From assembly GCA_020137815.1 (NCBI GenBank), contig CM035355.1, positions 4,402,001 to 4,466,000 of the forward strand: a DNA stretch of 64,000 nucleotides, in the 5' to 3' direction. The position numbers were made by a program, and so were the translations under genes. This document shows positions 39,401 to 53,314 of this stretch, piece by piece (the stretch's first letter is position 1; every line of letters starts with the position of its first letter). This DNA is from Hormiphora californensis. Its lineage: Eukaryota; Animalia; Ctenophora. Under the pieces are notes generated by a model. The model did no database searches. It had not been told where the DNA came from and saw only the letters and a list, made by a program, of their open reading frames with translations.

Positions 39401-40043
39401 GGACGATAAAAGCGGTGAGGTGGGTGACACCATTGACAGGTGCGGAATGGGCAGGAGGATCAAGTGAGGAGAAAGAACATTTAGACTAGGCCAAGTGGGT
39501 GATGGACACATTAACAGTTCGAGTAGGGCAAAACATAGCATTCAATGGGGACGTTGGAGACACTTACGAAGTAGTAGAAAGGTTAGGGAAACACTTATGG
39601 CAAGTGGTTCAGACCATTAGTAAGGTGAGGTGAATGGCAGATCCTTCGACAGGAGGGGGGGGCAGACATACATGAACGTGAGGAAGTGTGGCGGAAATAG
39701 ACCTGTGTAAATGGCAGGCCACCCGAAGGTGAGGACAGTGGTCAGGCACCAATTAGGCAAGTATGAATGGCAGACACCATAGACAGTAAGTATGGGCGAA
39801 CACTTAGACATAAGTGAGAGACAGACATCATTAGCAATGGTAGGGAGCCCATAAAGGCTAGTGAAGGCACGAAGACAGGAGAGGTGAGTGGCAGGACCAC
39901 TACAAGTGGTGGGGTAGCACCAGCAGGAGTAGGTGAGACACCATTGACAGGTGAGGGAGGTGGGTAGACACCATTAGACGGTGAGTAGGGGTAGGACACC
40001 ATAGACAGGTGAGTGGGTAGGACCCATTAGACAGGTGAGGTGG
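30451..40043. repeat. ~9.6-kb satellite of 28/33-bp units ggacaccattagacaggt(gaggt)1-2ggg(c/t)a, roughly 300 units
   Basis: Direct reading. Homogeneous at 30.5-36.0 kb and 37.8-38.3 kb; indel-rich at 36.0-37.8 kb and 38.6-40.0 kb. Confidence 0.99.
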
Positions 40044-41277
40044 TAGTACAAAGGCAAAGGAGGATCCATGGTGGGAGGAGAAAGACGAGGTAGAGCTGAG
40101 AAGACAAATAGAAACATTGAAGAGAGAGGCAGTGAGGAAGGAAGAGGAGTGGGGGCGGAGGGAAAAAAAATGAGGAGGGAATTGGCGGAGGAGAGGAAAT
40201 GGTCCGAGGCGAAAAGGTTAGAGGCTGAGCAGAGGGCAAAAGAGAGGGAGGATAAACTGCGGGAAAGGGTGTTGGCAGCAGAGAGGGCACTGGAGATGGA
40301 GAGTGGAGACGGAGAGCGGAGCGGATGAAAAAGGCCGGGAGGAGGATGACAGTGCCCATCGGTGGCGGGCACACATGGCCGTGAGGGGCGGGGAGTTCGT
40401 AACGGACGAAGAAAACGAACAGTTTGAGGAGGCATACGAGGCCAACAGTTGGCCGTGTGTGTGCCACACGGTGTGCAATCATTACCGGATAAAACGACCG
40501 GAATTACAACAAATGTCGTTTTGCACATCGTACGAATTTTACGCACAAGGTAATAACGAGACAATTATTGTTTATAGACAAATTTGTTTTAATATTTATT
40601 ATTTAATTTACCATATATGTATTATCATCATTTCAGATCCAAAGATCCGACAACATCCATCTTCAATGGAACCGATGAGGAAAGTGTTTACCAAGAGAGT
40701 AGAAGGCTCTCTCTGTTAAACATTATGGCGAGGCCATCCCGCGGAGGTGAGACAGGTCAGCGTGCAGGGCGCAAATGGCGGCTAACTATCTCCATATAGG
40801 GCAGTGGGCCAACAAGTTAATAGTGGAACTTGAAATGGTCCAGCCCAAAATAATAGAAAAAACATTTTATATTAGCAATACGGTTATCCTAAAATGCATC
40901 ATATAGGTCCTACATAGGTGATAGCAGCTATCTGGAACAGGGTGACGCTATTAGTGTGACACATGAAGGGACAGAGTCCTACTTGAAAATCTGTGGGAAT
41001 ATGCTTATCAGCTTAACAGCTTCCCAGGGAATGACATGAACAACAGGGACCTGCACGGAGCGGGTGCCCCCAGACCCAAGTGGACACCGAAACGGGAAAC
41101 GCAGGCCACGCGGAAGGGATGCTAGATATCCTTACTAGAAACTGAAGTTCCCACTTAATGTAACAAAATATGTAAATTGTATTTTGATGAGGTTCACCCC
41201 TCTACAAGAACAGAGAATGAGTCAGCAGTTCAGAGATTTGATGGAGCAGCTGGAAATCCATATGATTAACAGAGGAC

Positions 41278-42224
41278 CGGGGGGGGGGGGGGGGGGGGGC
41301 TCAACAACTGACTATATGACACCCATGACAGTTAGGGTGGGAGGGTGTCCCATGGGTCTGACAGTTATGTAACTGTCGAAAATTGGGGGGTGTTGGGGTG
41401 TTTTAGGGGTCTGACACTTAGATAACTGTCGGAAATTGGGGGGTGTTTGGGTGTCTTAGGGGTCTGACGCTTAGATAACTGTCGGAAATTGGGGGGTGTT
41501 GGGGTGTTTTTGTTAGATACAATAACTAAAGTGTATCCAAAACCGTATAAAAACCAATAGTCTAAGTTATTTGAAGTATATTTGTTTTATATTCTCTCTC
41601 TCTCTCTCTCTCTCTGGAAGGGTGCACGGTTTCTTTACAAAAAACCAAATCAGCAGTAAAATTGAAAATGTCATCAGACTGTGACTACTTTGTTGAGGTA
41701 AAAAGAATCGGAAAAACCCCAAGTGTTAGGATTCCTTGCAGGAACTATATTACACAATGCAGCTATCCAAACTGTAAACTGGTTTTGTGGAGATATAATA
41801 TGGTCCTCCACTTTGGAGATGCTCACCCGAACGATTTGTCGGATGGCTCATCAGCTTCAAATCGGTGGCCAGAATATGACCACCTTGAAGGAATATCAAG
41901 TGAGGAGATAAGGATGGTGAAGGCGAAAGACTTTGTTGTGGGCTAATGTTAAAAACAATGACTTTATCTATGGTTGAAACATCTTAATAAAACAAAATAT
42001 TAGTACCAAAATGACCTATCTAACTTTATTTTCAAAATATATATGTCTTTTACGAAGTCTCTGAAAAATATGGGGGTGGGTATCGATTCACCTGATTAGT
42101 CAACAGTTATATAACTGTAAAAATTTAGGGGTGGGGTGGTGTCAATAGAATTTGTCAAAATTTTACACTTATCGTCATGGGTGTCATACAGTTAGATGTT
42201 GAGCCCCCCCCCCCCCCACCCCGG
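41278..42224. mobile_element. TIR element with ccgg(G)n termini (EnSpm/CMC-like?) carrying a Cys/His-rich coding remnant
   Basis: ~50-bp TIR ccg(g)n-ctcaacaactgactatatgacacccatgac / gtcatgggtgtcatacagttagatgttgag(c)n-cgg. Internal ~55-bp repeats at 41350-41510 and (CT)n. ORF 41662-41946 has PCRN..C..C..LWRYNM..H...HP. No clear TSD. Confidence 0.7.
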
Positions 42225-42304
42225 GTAATGAAAAATATGCCTTTGTACGCAGTTTTTTATCATGTGCTAGTCCTTTGTCTGTTTATTATGGCAATTTCTA
42301 GATA

Positions 42305-42976
42305 CCTTATTACCGATATATAACGGAACCTTTAATTAACGAAATCAGTAAAAATTTCGTTAATTTTAGGTATCGTTAATTTAGGGTTCCGCTAAATTAA
42401 TGTTCTTTTAATTAAAAATTGCTTTTTTTAGGGTAGCAAAAAAACAAAACCAAGTCATCGAATATAATTTCTACTTCTAGTTCTCTTCCTATTCATCATT
42501 GCATCAATAACTTCAACATTTTCAAATTGAGATATCAGTTCATTATCTGAATCATAGTCATTCGTGGGCAAACCTCAAAAAATCTTGAATCTCTCTAAGA
42601 AGAAAAATTGTCATCCATACGGGTCTTAAAACAATAATTTTCAGTAATTATAGTTATTAGTTTGTAATGAGGTAAGCCCATGTTCTGTCCATTTACAGTA
42701 AAAAGGACCTTAATTTCCAACCCTCCCTGAATGGTGACTGAAATGCATGAGGGTCTTGAACAACTGCCTCAAATTCACAACCGTTCTCAATTGCAAAGAA
42801 TATTATTCTTGATATACCTAATCTCAATAGGAACATAATTACCATTTTAACCCCATTTTAACCCGGTATTTGTGCTTCTTGTCAAAATTTGCTAACCAAA
42901 ACCGAATTTCGTTAATTAAAGGTACGTTAATTAAAGGTACGCTAATAGGAGGTTCCGTTATATAGCGGTAATAAGG
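42305..42976. mobile_element. Tc1/mariner (pogo-like) non-autonomous element
   Basis: TA TSD. 26-bp TIR ccttattaccg(a/c)tatataacggaacc. Subterminal ttaattaacgaaat/cgttaatt motifs. Confidence 0.85.
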
Positions 42977-45344
42977 TACTCACAAAAACGGAAACAGCAA
43001 GCAATAGGAAGAGGCAAGAGAAAAAGGACAAAGAAGAACATTCTTTCTCAAGTTCTTACTGATTTAATTTAATTGTGGACTAGAGACTAAAGATTAAAAT
43101 ATTTACAGGAGATCCATATTCTCTCGAACAATATGGACGATATATGAAGGTCGATTCAGAGACAAGATGTGTGGTTACCTCGCCCCTTACTTGCACAGCT
43201 ATGGATAACACCTTAGTTTCATTCGCCAAGAAATATCATCCCGCCCCGACCACGTTGAATGGCTGTCGTTTACATGCCCAATACATACAGTGTCGAATTT
43301 ATGAATACTCCATACTGGACACTAACCCAATTGCCATATTTACATAGAATATAGAGGTATAGAGGTACACGGAATATATAGAGGTACCTGGTACATGGAA
43401 TAAAGAGGTACATCGCCCTTTAAATATCATTTTGATCAGACGGTCCTCTCCGTTATAAGAGACTCAATCTAGGTAGAAGGCGCCGGACAATTTCAGTGGG
43501 ATAGGAAGGAAAAGATGACGAAACAAGCGCAAAAGTTTTACCGGGAAAATGTTGGTCCTCATTTTTACATCGCTTAGCTCTAGCACAGTACAATATAACA
43601 CTCGCATTTTGTATCGATATTTCATCTTTTTATCGTTATCTTTTTTGGTATCATTCATTATTTTCACGTATATTCTTTTTGTTGTCAATACGTTTATATC
43701 TTACTTTCCAGTTAATACCACAGGCAAGGGGAGAACTCGAGTACCTGCGACACAGGTGCAGGATTGGAAGAAAACTGTTAACATTCTTTTATTTACTCCA
43801 GGAAACGTGTGATTTTGTGTCTGAAGGTGCCCTGTCTCTTGCGAGAGCACCCTCCAGTACACTAAGGGAGGTACTCTAGTTTTCTCCAAGAATATTGGGG
43901 ATGAAATTGCACCAATTGAGCACCATGGAGACAATCAGCACACCGGACACGAAAACCTACTTCTTGAAATGGGCTGACTTCAAACTAATCCAAGCTGAAA
44001 AACAAATAATGTACGGAACGGGGGAGAACTATAAACAGTCGACCAATATATCAGGACACAGAGATGGCACAGGACTGATGATGGTTCACGGAACCGAATT
44101 AGAAATTAATGTCGACCTTATTAAAATTAACAGCGGAAAGAAGAGCAACGATGGGGGAGGCAAGAAAAGGCAAAGGAAAAAGGCATCGGGCAGACCACAC
44201 CCTACAACAGACGTGTGACACCCTGGATTATAAATGATAAAATAACTTTGTTGTTTGTATTTAAGGGAAGACAAAGGATAATCATAAAATAATCTATCCC
44301 GTATCCGATTCCCAAGATTGTTGATATAATGGGATCTTCGCCCAGGGTATTAATTCGAATTGGGAGAAAGGAAGAGTGGTTGGATTCATCCCCAAGTGAT
44401 ATGGTTTCTGCAACGATGAAACGTGCGATTTTGTGCCTGAAAGTCCCTGATATTGGTGAAGGAACCGACCTGTCACAGGTGTAATTCTACATGGAAAAAC
44501 CCAGCGCCAAATAAGAGTTAAAGGAAAGGACGCGAAAATACCGGTAAGTGGTGGAGGAGAAAGGTATCGGGCAGACCACCGCCAGCTATGTTGTGTCAGC
44601 GACTATGCTGGCAAATGATTATGGAGGAGGATGGACCCTGGGTGTAGGTGGTTCTGGACACCCCCTTAGGTATGCAGGAGGTCCGCATGGGAGGATTTGG
44701 AGAGAGGTTGGTAGTGCCTCACCAGAAGCACCCCGGCCCGCTGACCTTCTGCTTGGTGAACTCTGTAATAGCCCTGGTTGTGCCCCTGGAATTATGCTGG
44801 CAAATGATAACGGAGGGAGCTGGACCTTGGGAGTAGGGGGATAAAATAACAAACCTATAACATAATTGATAAATTAAATAAAGAGCTGATATAAGATAAT
44901 AACAATGCTAAAACGCCGGGACTACTACTTTTAAACAAAGTAGACGGAATGTCCAATTAGGGTTTACAGGCAGGTTAGCATTCCGAATTGAGGAATGGTC
45001 AATAGGACTAGGGGAGCTGGAGATGTAGATTCGGGGGTGGTAGATCTCTGGCTGTCACAAAACTCCTTATTCTTCAGGACAGGGGAAATAGAAGTAGGCC
45101 TCCGCACTAACTTTCTTTTACGAATATGTCTCCTAACCCATGATCTATCCAATTCCCAAGCTTACATACACTCCCTCCTTGAGAGGGAGCGGTAAAATAA
45201 CAATGCTATAAAATATAATATAATCACTGATAAAAACTGGTACACCAGGACTACCCCATTTAATTAAAAGTAGACTGAATGTCTCATGGAGCCCTGCAGT
45301 GTAATTGGAGAAGGTAAGTGACACCTAAACCATCAACCGACAAG

Positions 45345-45620
45345 ACAAATCGATTCTGCACTCTCCCCACAACGGCCTGAGAGGAGAGACTACAGCAACA
45401 TTTGGCAAACGGATGGACTGAACTAAGCGAGGACCCCTCCAACTCATTCCAGCTACAAGCCAACACTCTCCTAAAGACTTGCCTAAAGGAAGCAGATATA
45501 GGGGACGAATACCTAGTCACACGTCTGTCAACCAGATATTTCACCGCCCCAATCGTGTACCCACTCGCAAAGGACCACAAACCTGACTTCCCAAACACAA
45601 AGATGCGTGTGGTTCAGCCA
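45345..45620 (+). pseudogene. Penelope-like RT N-terminal fragment (second, deleted copy at 48945-49175)
   Basis: WTELSEDPSNSFQLQANTLL..APIVYPLAKDHKPDFPNTKMRVV matches YxxLxxDPxxxF...PxxYxLPKxHK..PxRxxV. Confidence 0.75.
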
Positions 45621-46212
45621 CAAAGCTATAAAATATAATATTATAATTGTAATAAAAACTGATACACCGGAACTACCCCAATTAAATGTAGACTGAATGT
45701 CTCATGGAGCCCTGCAGTGTAATTGGATGCCTACTACTACATAGGCCTATACAGATGCTACCGACAATCCCCACCGACACTTTCTAGGGAGGAAGCAGTT
45801 ATATCAGCCGTTTCTTTTTCCACCAGCCTTGGAATTTGTTGTAGCTGCAACAATTCGTGCAAAAGCAGTTGCGGCTGCAGAAAAAGTAAGATGACGTGCC
45901 AAAGAATGTTGCAATAACAAAGCCGCCGCCCAAAAGAGACTCCTAGAACTGTAATCAAGGGCTCAATAAGACTAGCGAAAGGGTTTATGGATAAGCATCG
46001 GGTTTCTTGAGTCAAACTAGATATAGACACAGCAGCAACACTGAAAAAACAGAGGAAGTTGTCTAAGGGACACGTATTCTAAATACCACTTAAATTACTC
46101 TGTTTGCTTTATTTGATCGTTTGATCAGCGGTAAAATAACAAAACCCTCCCCTATAACATAATTGATATATTAATTAAAAGGATGATTCATTCCAGAGAC
46201 CAATAACGAATA

Positions 46213-46385
46213 AGAACCGCTCACACTACCGTGGCCCTCATCAAGACTCTAGACAAGCTGAGAGAAAATTCCTGGTTTTCATCACCTGGTGTCCGGGACA
46301 CCACGGGATAGCAGGAAACGTGCGGACCAGTTGGCAAAAGCTGCTGCAGATGCTCCCCCTCCCACAGAACATTTCATCCCTGTAG
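46213..46385 (+). pseudogene. Non-LTR retrotransposon RNase H C-terminal fragment
   Basis: VFITWCPGHHGIAGN/ADQLAKAAA = WxPGHxGIxGNExADxLAK, with a frameshift. Confidence 0.8.
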
Positions 46386-47479
46386 GCAAGATATAAAGTT
46401 GCAGCCAAAACGTGGTCCTTAACACAGCTACCTCCAAGTCTTACTCAGTTGAAGGAAAAGTTGACATCACATCGACCAATCATCTGATTAGCTATGTTAC
46501 TCTCTCATCCAAGGCAGATCTCCAATCGCCAACTTTCTGATAAGAGCTGATATTATGATAAAAGAAGATATATAAATGTAATGCTAAAACACCGGGACAT
46601 TCCGGAGACCAATAACGAATAATAGCATCGGGTTTCTTGAGTCAAAACTAGATTTTTGTGAAGAAACACCGTATAGTGAGGTCCAAAAAGTTAAAAACTC
46701 AAAGTTTTGAGTCAGTGACTAATCGGCCCTAGTATAGTGATTCGGCTATTCTGCCATTTAGGGACTTTAATACCACGGGCAAGAAGTTATGTGCAGACTG
46801 TGTGATACACGTATTCTAAATATTATGGGATGGTAGTACCCGAACAACAGCAGCTTATCTATTGCAAGGCGTGCGGCTACTTCGGGCATATCACCGCGAT
46901 TTGTGGCAGATATATGGACTGAACAAGCGGGGCGCAACAGCACTAGACGGCGGGCAAAGGCGGCCAGGCGGGGGAACAGCGTTCAGAACTGCTCCATCCG
47001 TTGCAATACCCCTACGACAAGACGGTACCCCACCGTGACCACTACAAGGATGTCCCCTCAGGATGCCCGCAGGAAAGAGTCCCCACGGCCCACCCAAGTG
47101 AGAATAATTGATAAATCAAATAATGAGCTGATATAAGATAATAACAATGCTAAAACGCCGGGACTACTACTTTTAAACAAAGTAGACGGAATGTCCAATT
47201 GGGGGGGGGGGGCTGTGTCCAGTCAGCAGTAATAGAAACCTATATGAAGAAATAGAACCCCGGGCAAAGATCCAGAAACCACACGGGAAACCCGCCAGGA
47301 CAGACATCACGGGATTCCATGGATGTGAGTATGAAGAAGGAGAATGCATATACATATGATATATCCAATTCTCAAGCTTACATACACTCCCTCCTTGAGA
47401 GGGAGCGGTAAAAAAACAATGCTATAAAATATAATATAATCACTGATAAAAACTGGTACACCAGGACTACCCCATTTAA

Positions 47480-48851
47480 GGGTACGCTAACGCAGGGAAA
47501 TCTCTCACCGTAGGGTTGTAGGCCATGCCAAGGAGACCTCAAATATGCAATTTGAGCTCTCAAGTCGAATTCATATTTTTGCTACAGCTGTTTAAAAAAT
47601 GTCATGTAAATTCGTTTTTGGCATCTCAAAAAAATTTTTTTAAAGATAGGAGCATGAAAATTAGGGGATTTGAAGAGGACATGAAGGTGAATAACCACAA
47701 AAATTTTTTTTGCAATCCGAGCTGATTTCCGGTCCTGAGATGGATTTCTTTTTTTCCACTTTAACGCCCTATTTGGCAAAGTTCCGAAAACATGTGAAAG
47801 CTGTAAATTGGTGAAAAGTTGCGTCTAACGATTATCTAAGTGGCCATAAATTTTGGGCGTGTCCTTATTTGAGACAAGCTATACAGAGTTTTTTTTGTGA
47901 AAGCCGTCATTTCAGAAATAAATAAATTCCCTGTATCTCAAAAACGGCTGATCGTAGAGACCTGAGACTATGCTTAAGCGATTCAGAAGGTCCGATTTTG
48001 GGGGGGTCTTCTGAGAGACATTTTGCTCCTACTTCAACCGTTTTTGCTGTAATTGCGAAAAACAAATTCTATGAAAAGGGCAAAAGCTAAACTCCAATAT
48101 CCTGTAATTAGGGAATTTTGGCTAAGAAAGGACCGAAACTATGGAAAAATGTGTAACAAGCTAATTCCTTCACTATTTGGTCCATATGGGTCCCTATAAT
48201 CACCAAAAACAAAATCACAAAAAATCCACGATGGCGAAGATGGGTTTTTGTTTTTCGCAATTACAGCAAAAACGGTTGAAGTAGGAGCAAAATGTCTCTC
48301 AGAAGACCCCCCCAAAATCGGACCTTCTGAATCGTTTAAGCATAGTCTCAGGTCTCTACGATCAGCCGTTTTTGAGATACAGGGAATTTATTTATTTCTG
48401 AAATGACGGCTTTCACAAAAAAAACTCTGTACAGCTTGTCTCAAATAAGGACACGCCCAAAACTTATGTCCACTTAGATAATCGTTAGACGCAACTTTTC
48501 ACCAATTTACAGCTTTCACATGTTTTCGGAACTTTGCCAAATAGGGCGTTAAAGTGGAAAAAAAGAAATCCATCTCAGGACCGGAAATCAGCTCGGATTG
48601 CAAAAAAAATTTTTGTGGTTATTCACCTTCATGTCCTCTTCAAATCCCCTAATTTTCATGCTCCTATCTTTAAAAAAATTTTTTTGAGATGCCAAAAACG
48701 AATTTACATGACATTTTTTAAACAGCTGTAGCAAAAATATGAATTCGACTTGAGAGCTCAAATTGCATATTTGAGGTCTCCTTGGCATGGCCTACAACCC
48801 TACGGTGAGAGATTTCCCTGCACTCGAAAAAAAATTTTGGTTAGCGTACCC
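47480..48851. mobile_element. Kolobok-type foldback element, family A copy 2
   Basis: TTAA TSD (47476-79 / 48852-55). Near-identical to 11017-12406 apart from a ~17-bp deletion in the left TIR. Confidence 0.92.
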
Positions 48852-49369
48852 TTAAAAGTAGACTGAATGTCTCATGGAGCCCTGCAGTGTAATTGGAGAA
48901 GGTGACTGGTAACTGACACCTGAACCATCATCCTGACAAGACAAATCGATTCTGCACCCTCCCCACAACGGCCTAAGAGGAGAGACTACAGCAACATTTG
49001 GCAAACGGATGGACTGAACTAAGCGAGGACCCCTCCAACTCATTCCAGCTACAAGCCAACACTCTCCTAAAGACTTGCCTAAAGGAAGCAGATATTTCAC
49101 CGCCCCAATCGTCTACCCACTCGCGAAGGACCACAAACCTGACTTCCCGAACACAAAGGTGCGTGTGGTTCAGCCACAAAGCTATAAAATATAATATTAT
49201 AATTGTAATAAAAACTGATACACCGGAACTACCCCATTTAAATGTAGACTGAATGTCTCATGGAGCCCTGCAGTGTAATTGGATGCCTACTACTTCATAG
49301 GCCTATATTGATGCTACCGACAATCAAAGAACCCCACCGCAGGAAACTTCTTGTATTGTTCATACAAGG

Positions 49370-49530
49370 GACACTTCCTAGGGAGGAAGCAGTTGTAGCT
49401 GCAAGTGCCGTTTCTTTTTCCACCAGCCTTGGAAATTGTTGTAGCTGCAACAATTCGTGCAAAATCAGTTGCGGCTGCAGAAAAAGCAAGAGCAACCATC
49501 TATGCAGTGGCCCTGGCACCTGTGACCTCC
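49370..49530 (+). pseudogene. Cys-rich (CXC-like) C-terminal remnant of a transposon protein (second copy 45780-45900)
   Basis: LPREEAVVAAS..CCSCNNSCKISCGCRKSK..C..C. Confidence 0.4.
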
Positions 49531-50401
49531 GGCCAAAGAATGTTGCAATAGTATAGTGATTCGGCTATTCTGCCATTTAGGGACTTTACTACCACGGGCA
49601 AGAAGAGATGTGCAGACTGTGTGATACACGTATTCTAAATATTATGGGATGATTGTACCGGAACAACAACAGTACAGCTTATCTATTGCAAGGCGTGCGG
49701 CTACTTCGGCCATAGCAGGCAATGCAATCGAGAAAGAAGCGATAAAATCCTACATTATACAATTATACATCTTTAGCTTTCTTTTGTTTAGCAACAGCAA
49801 ACTCTTGTAATACCCCTAAAAGAGCCCCACCGCAGGAAACTTCCTAGGGAGGAAGCGATAAAATAACAAATCTATAACATAATTGATAAATTAAATAAAA
49901 GGCTGATAGAAGATAACAACATTGCTAATACACCGGGACTACTACTTTTAAACAAAGTAGACTGTGAATGTCTCATGGAACCCTGCAGTGTAGAAGGCAA
50001 CTGACACCTGAACCCAGCTCATAGGACATAGGAAACGGACTTCATCATAGTAAATGAGGTACTACTAGAACAGATAGTCATAACACTAATAAACAATTTG
50101 TAATTTAAGATTCAGAGAAGCAGTGGTCGTATTCACAGAAGAATGGAGTTAGTTCTGAAACCGCTGATAACAGTAGATGTACAAAAAGTAACACGTGAAG
50201 CTTGGCTTAAAGTCATTTTTCGTAAAAAACACCTGGTTTTATGTAAAGGCGAGGAAATCGCTCCTGGGCCGTAAAATAAGTGATAAAATAACAAATAACA
50301 TTTAATTGATAAAGGCTGATCAATATAGGAACGATGAAGACATAAAAAAGGCTGATACATAAAAGATTATAACAACACTGCTTACTGGTGTGTTTGAAGA
50401 A

Positions 50402-51305
50402 TAGTTAGGGGTAATAACACCGAATATCGCCTTGACTGGGAAAAAATTTGTGTCAAGCTAATTTCTTCACTAACGTGTCCCAATAGGTCCCCTCTAGCCC
50501 TCCTGAGTTTTTCATAACTCGGGATGGGGTGCAACATGTTCATTTCCGGGTGGGCGTGGTACCTGTATTTTCAGCCTGAGGCCAAAACCATAAGTACCCT
50601 TAAAATAGGAGTAGACATAAAATCGAGGGCACTAAAGTGATCAGCGTCCTCGCATTAGTGGGGGTAGGTGCCGGAATTAATTCTCTATCTCATCTGGTTA
50701 ATTAGATAATTGGATAATTAGGTTTGCACATAACCGTTTTTTGGCTATATGGCTATAGCCACTTAGGAATGGTTTAGAGACTTTTCACTGGCGCCATTTT
50801 GTAGGCAATAGCCAAGTTATGGGGGTCGAAGTCGGACTTTTAAGCTCTATCTCCAACCGTTGGAGATAGAGCTTAAAAGTCCGACATCGACCCCCCATAA
50901 CTTGGCTATTGCCTACAAAATGGCGCCAGTGAAAAGTCTCTAAACCATTCCTAAGTGGCTATAGCCATATAGCCAAAAAACGGTTATGCACAAACCTAAT
51001 TATCCAATTATCTAATTAACCAGATGAGATAGAGAATTAATTCCGGCACCTACCCCCACTAATGCGAGGACGCTGATCACTTTAGTGCCCTCGATTTTAT
51101 GTCTACTCCTATTTTAAGGGTACTTATGGTTTTGGCCTCAGGCTGAAAATACAGGTACCACGCCCACCCGGAAATGAACATGTTGCACCCCATCCCGAGT
51201 TTGGAAAAACTCAGGAGAGCTAGAGGGGACCTATTGGGACACGTTAGTGAAGAAATTAGCTTGACACAAATTTTTTCCCAGTCACACGACTACCGCCCCT
51301 AACTA
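50402..51305. mobile_element. Academ-type foldback MITE copy 1 (904 bp)
   Basis: Termini TAGTTAGGGG...CCCCTAACTA. 3-bp TSD GAA (50399-401 / 51306-08); the empty site ..ggaGAAggcaactgac occurs in scaffold copies at 53888 and 58378. Near-perfect internal palindrome 50432-51284. Confidence 0.85.
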
Positions 51306-52039
51306 GAAGGCAACTGACATCTGAACCCAGATGTCAAGGAGACTAACTGAACAGCCTATCAGAAACAGTGTTATAAAAACTGTCCGATCTGCATCTCGAG
51401 TGTCACATGACTTTGAGAATGACCAATGGGAGTGAGAGTGATATTTACAGGCCTGGTGTTGAATTAACGATTGCTTTGTATAAAATTGAACTTTTATCCT
51501 TCCGTGGCCAGTTCCATCCACGACTCCTGAACAACTTGTCTGAACCAGTTGGATCACTGTGTGGTTGCACTTAGGTCTCTTTTGGATCACTGAGTGTTTG
51601 TGCCTGGGTCTCTTTTGGATCACTGAGTGTTTTAACAAGACCCCCGTGCAGATGTCAAGGAGACTAGATGCCGACACCGAGTTCAGGGACTAATTGAACA
51701 TTGGCTGCCTGCTTTGTTCGGAGGACGACACCCCTGAGCCGGCGGTTACATTCAACTGGAGCAGTCTCAGAAACCATCCGCTCCAATACCCGTTTGACCG
51801 GACAGTTCCTCACCTAGATTTGTATAAAGACGTGCCATCGGGTTGCCCGCAGGAGAGGGCCCCGACCCAAAGAAGAACACTGGAGGATGGAATTCGGTCT
51901 CGATTACAGCACCTCCTCTCAGTACGCGCTCAAAGAGGCAGAGGAAGAGAAGCATGTGCAAAGGATGACCATGATCTATCCAATTCTCAAGCTTACATAC
52001 ACTCTCCCTTGAGAGGGAGCGGTAAAATAACAATGCTAT

Positions 52040-53314
<1,275 letters not shown>

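Noticed and set aside
30369-40002. Dozens of minus-strand ORFs (MVSYPPHLTCL.. / SPHLSNGVLPT..)
   Set aside because: These are translations of the 28/33-bp satellite; the frame shifts at every 28-bp unit.
30451-40043. CRISPR array (28-33-bp periodicity)
   Set aside because: Head-to-tail repeats with no unique spacers, no cas genes, eukaryotic context.
44360-44420. Cold-shock-domain-like EKGRVVGFIPK*YGFC
   Set aside because: Very short, contains a stop, and has no RNP2 motif.
11137-48788. Repeated ORFs MPNRALKWKKRNPSQDRK.. and MPRRPQICNLSS..
   Set aside because: They lie in both arms of the Kolobok MITE TIRs and are spurious.
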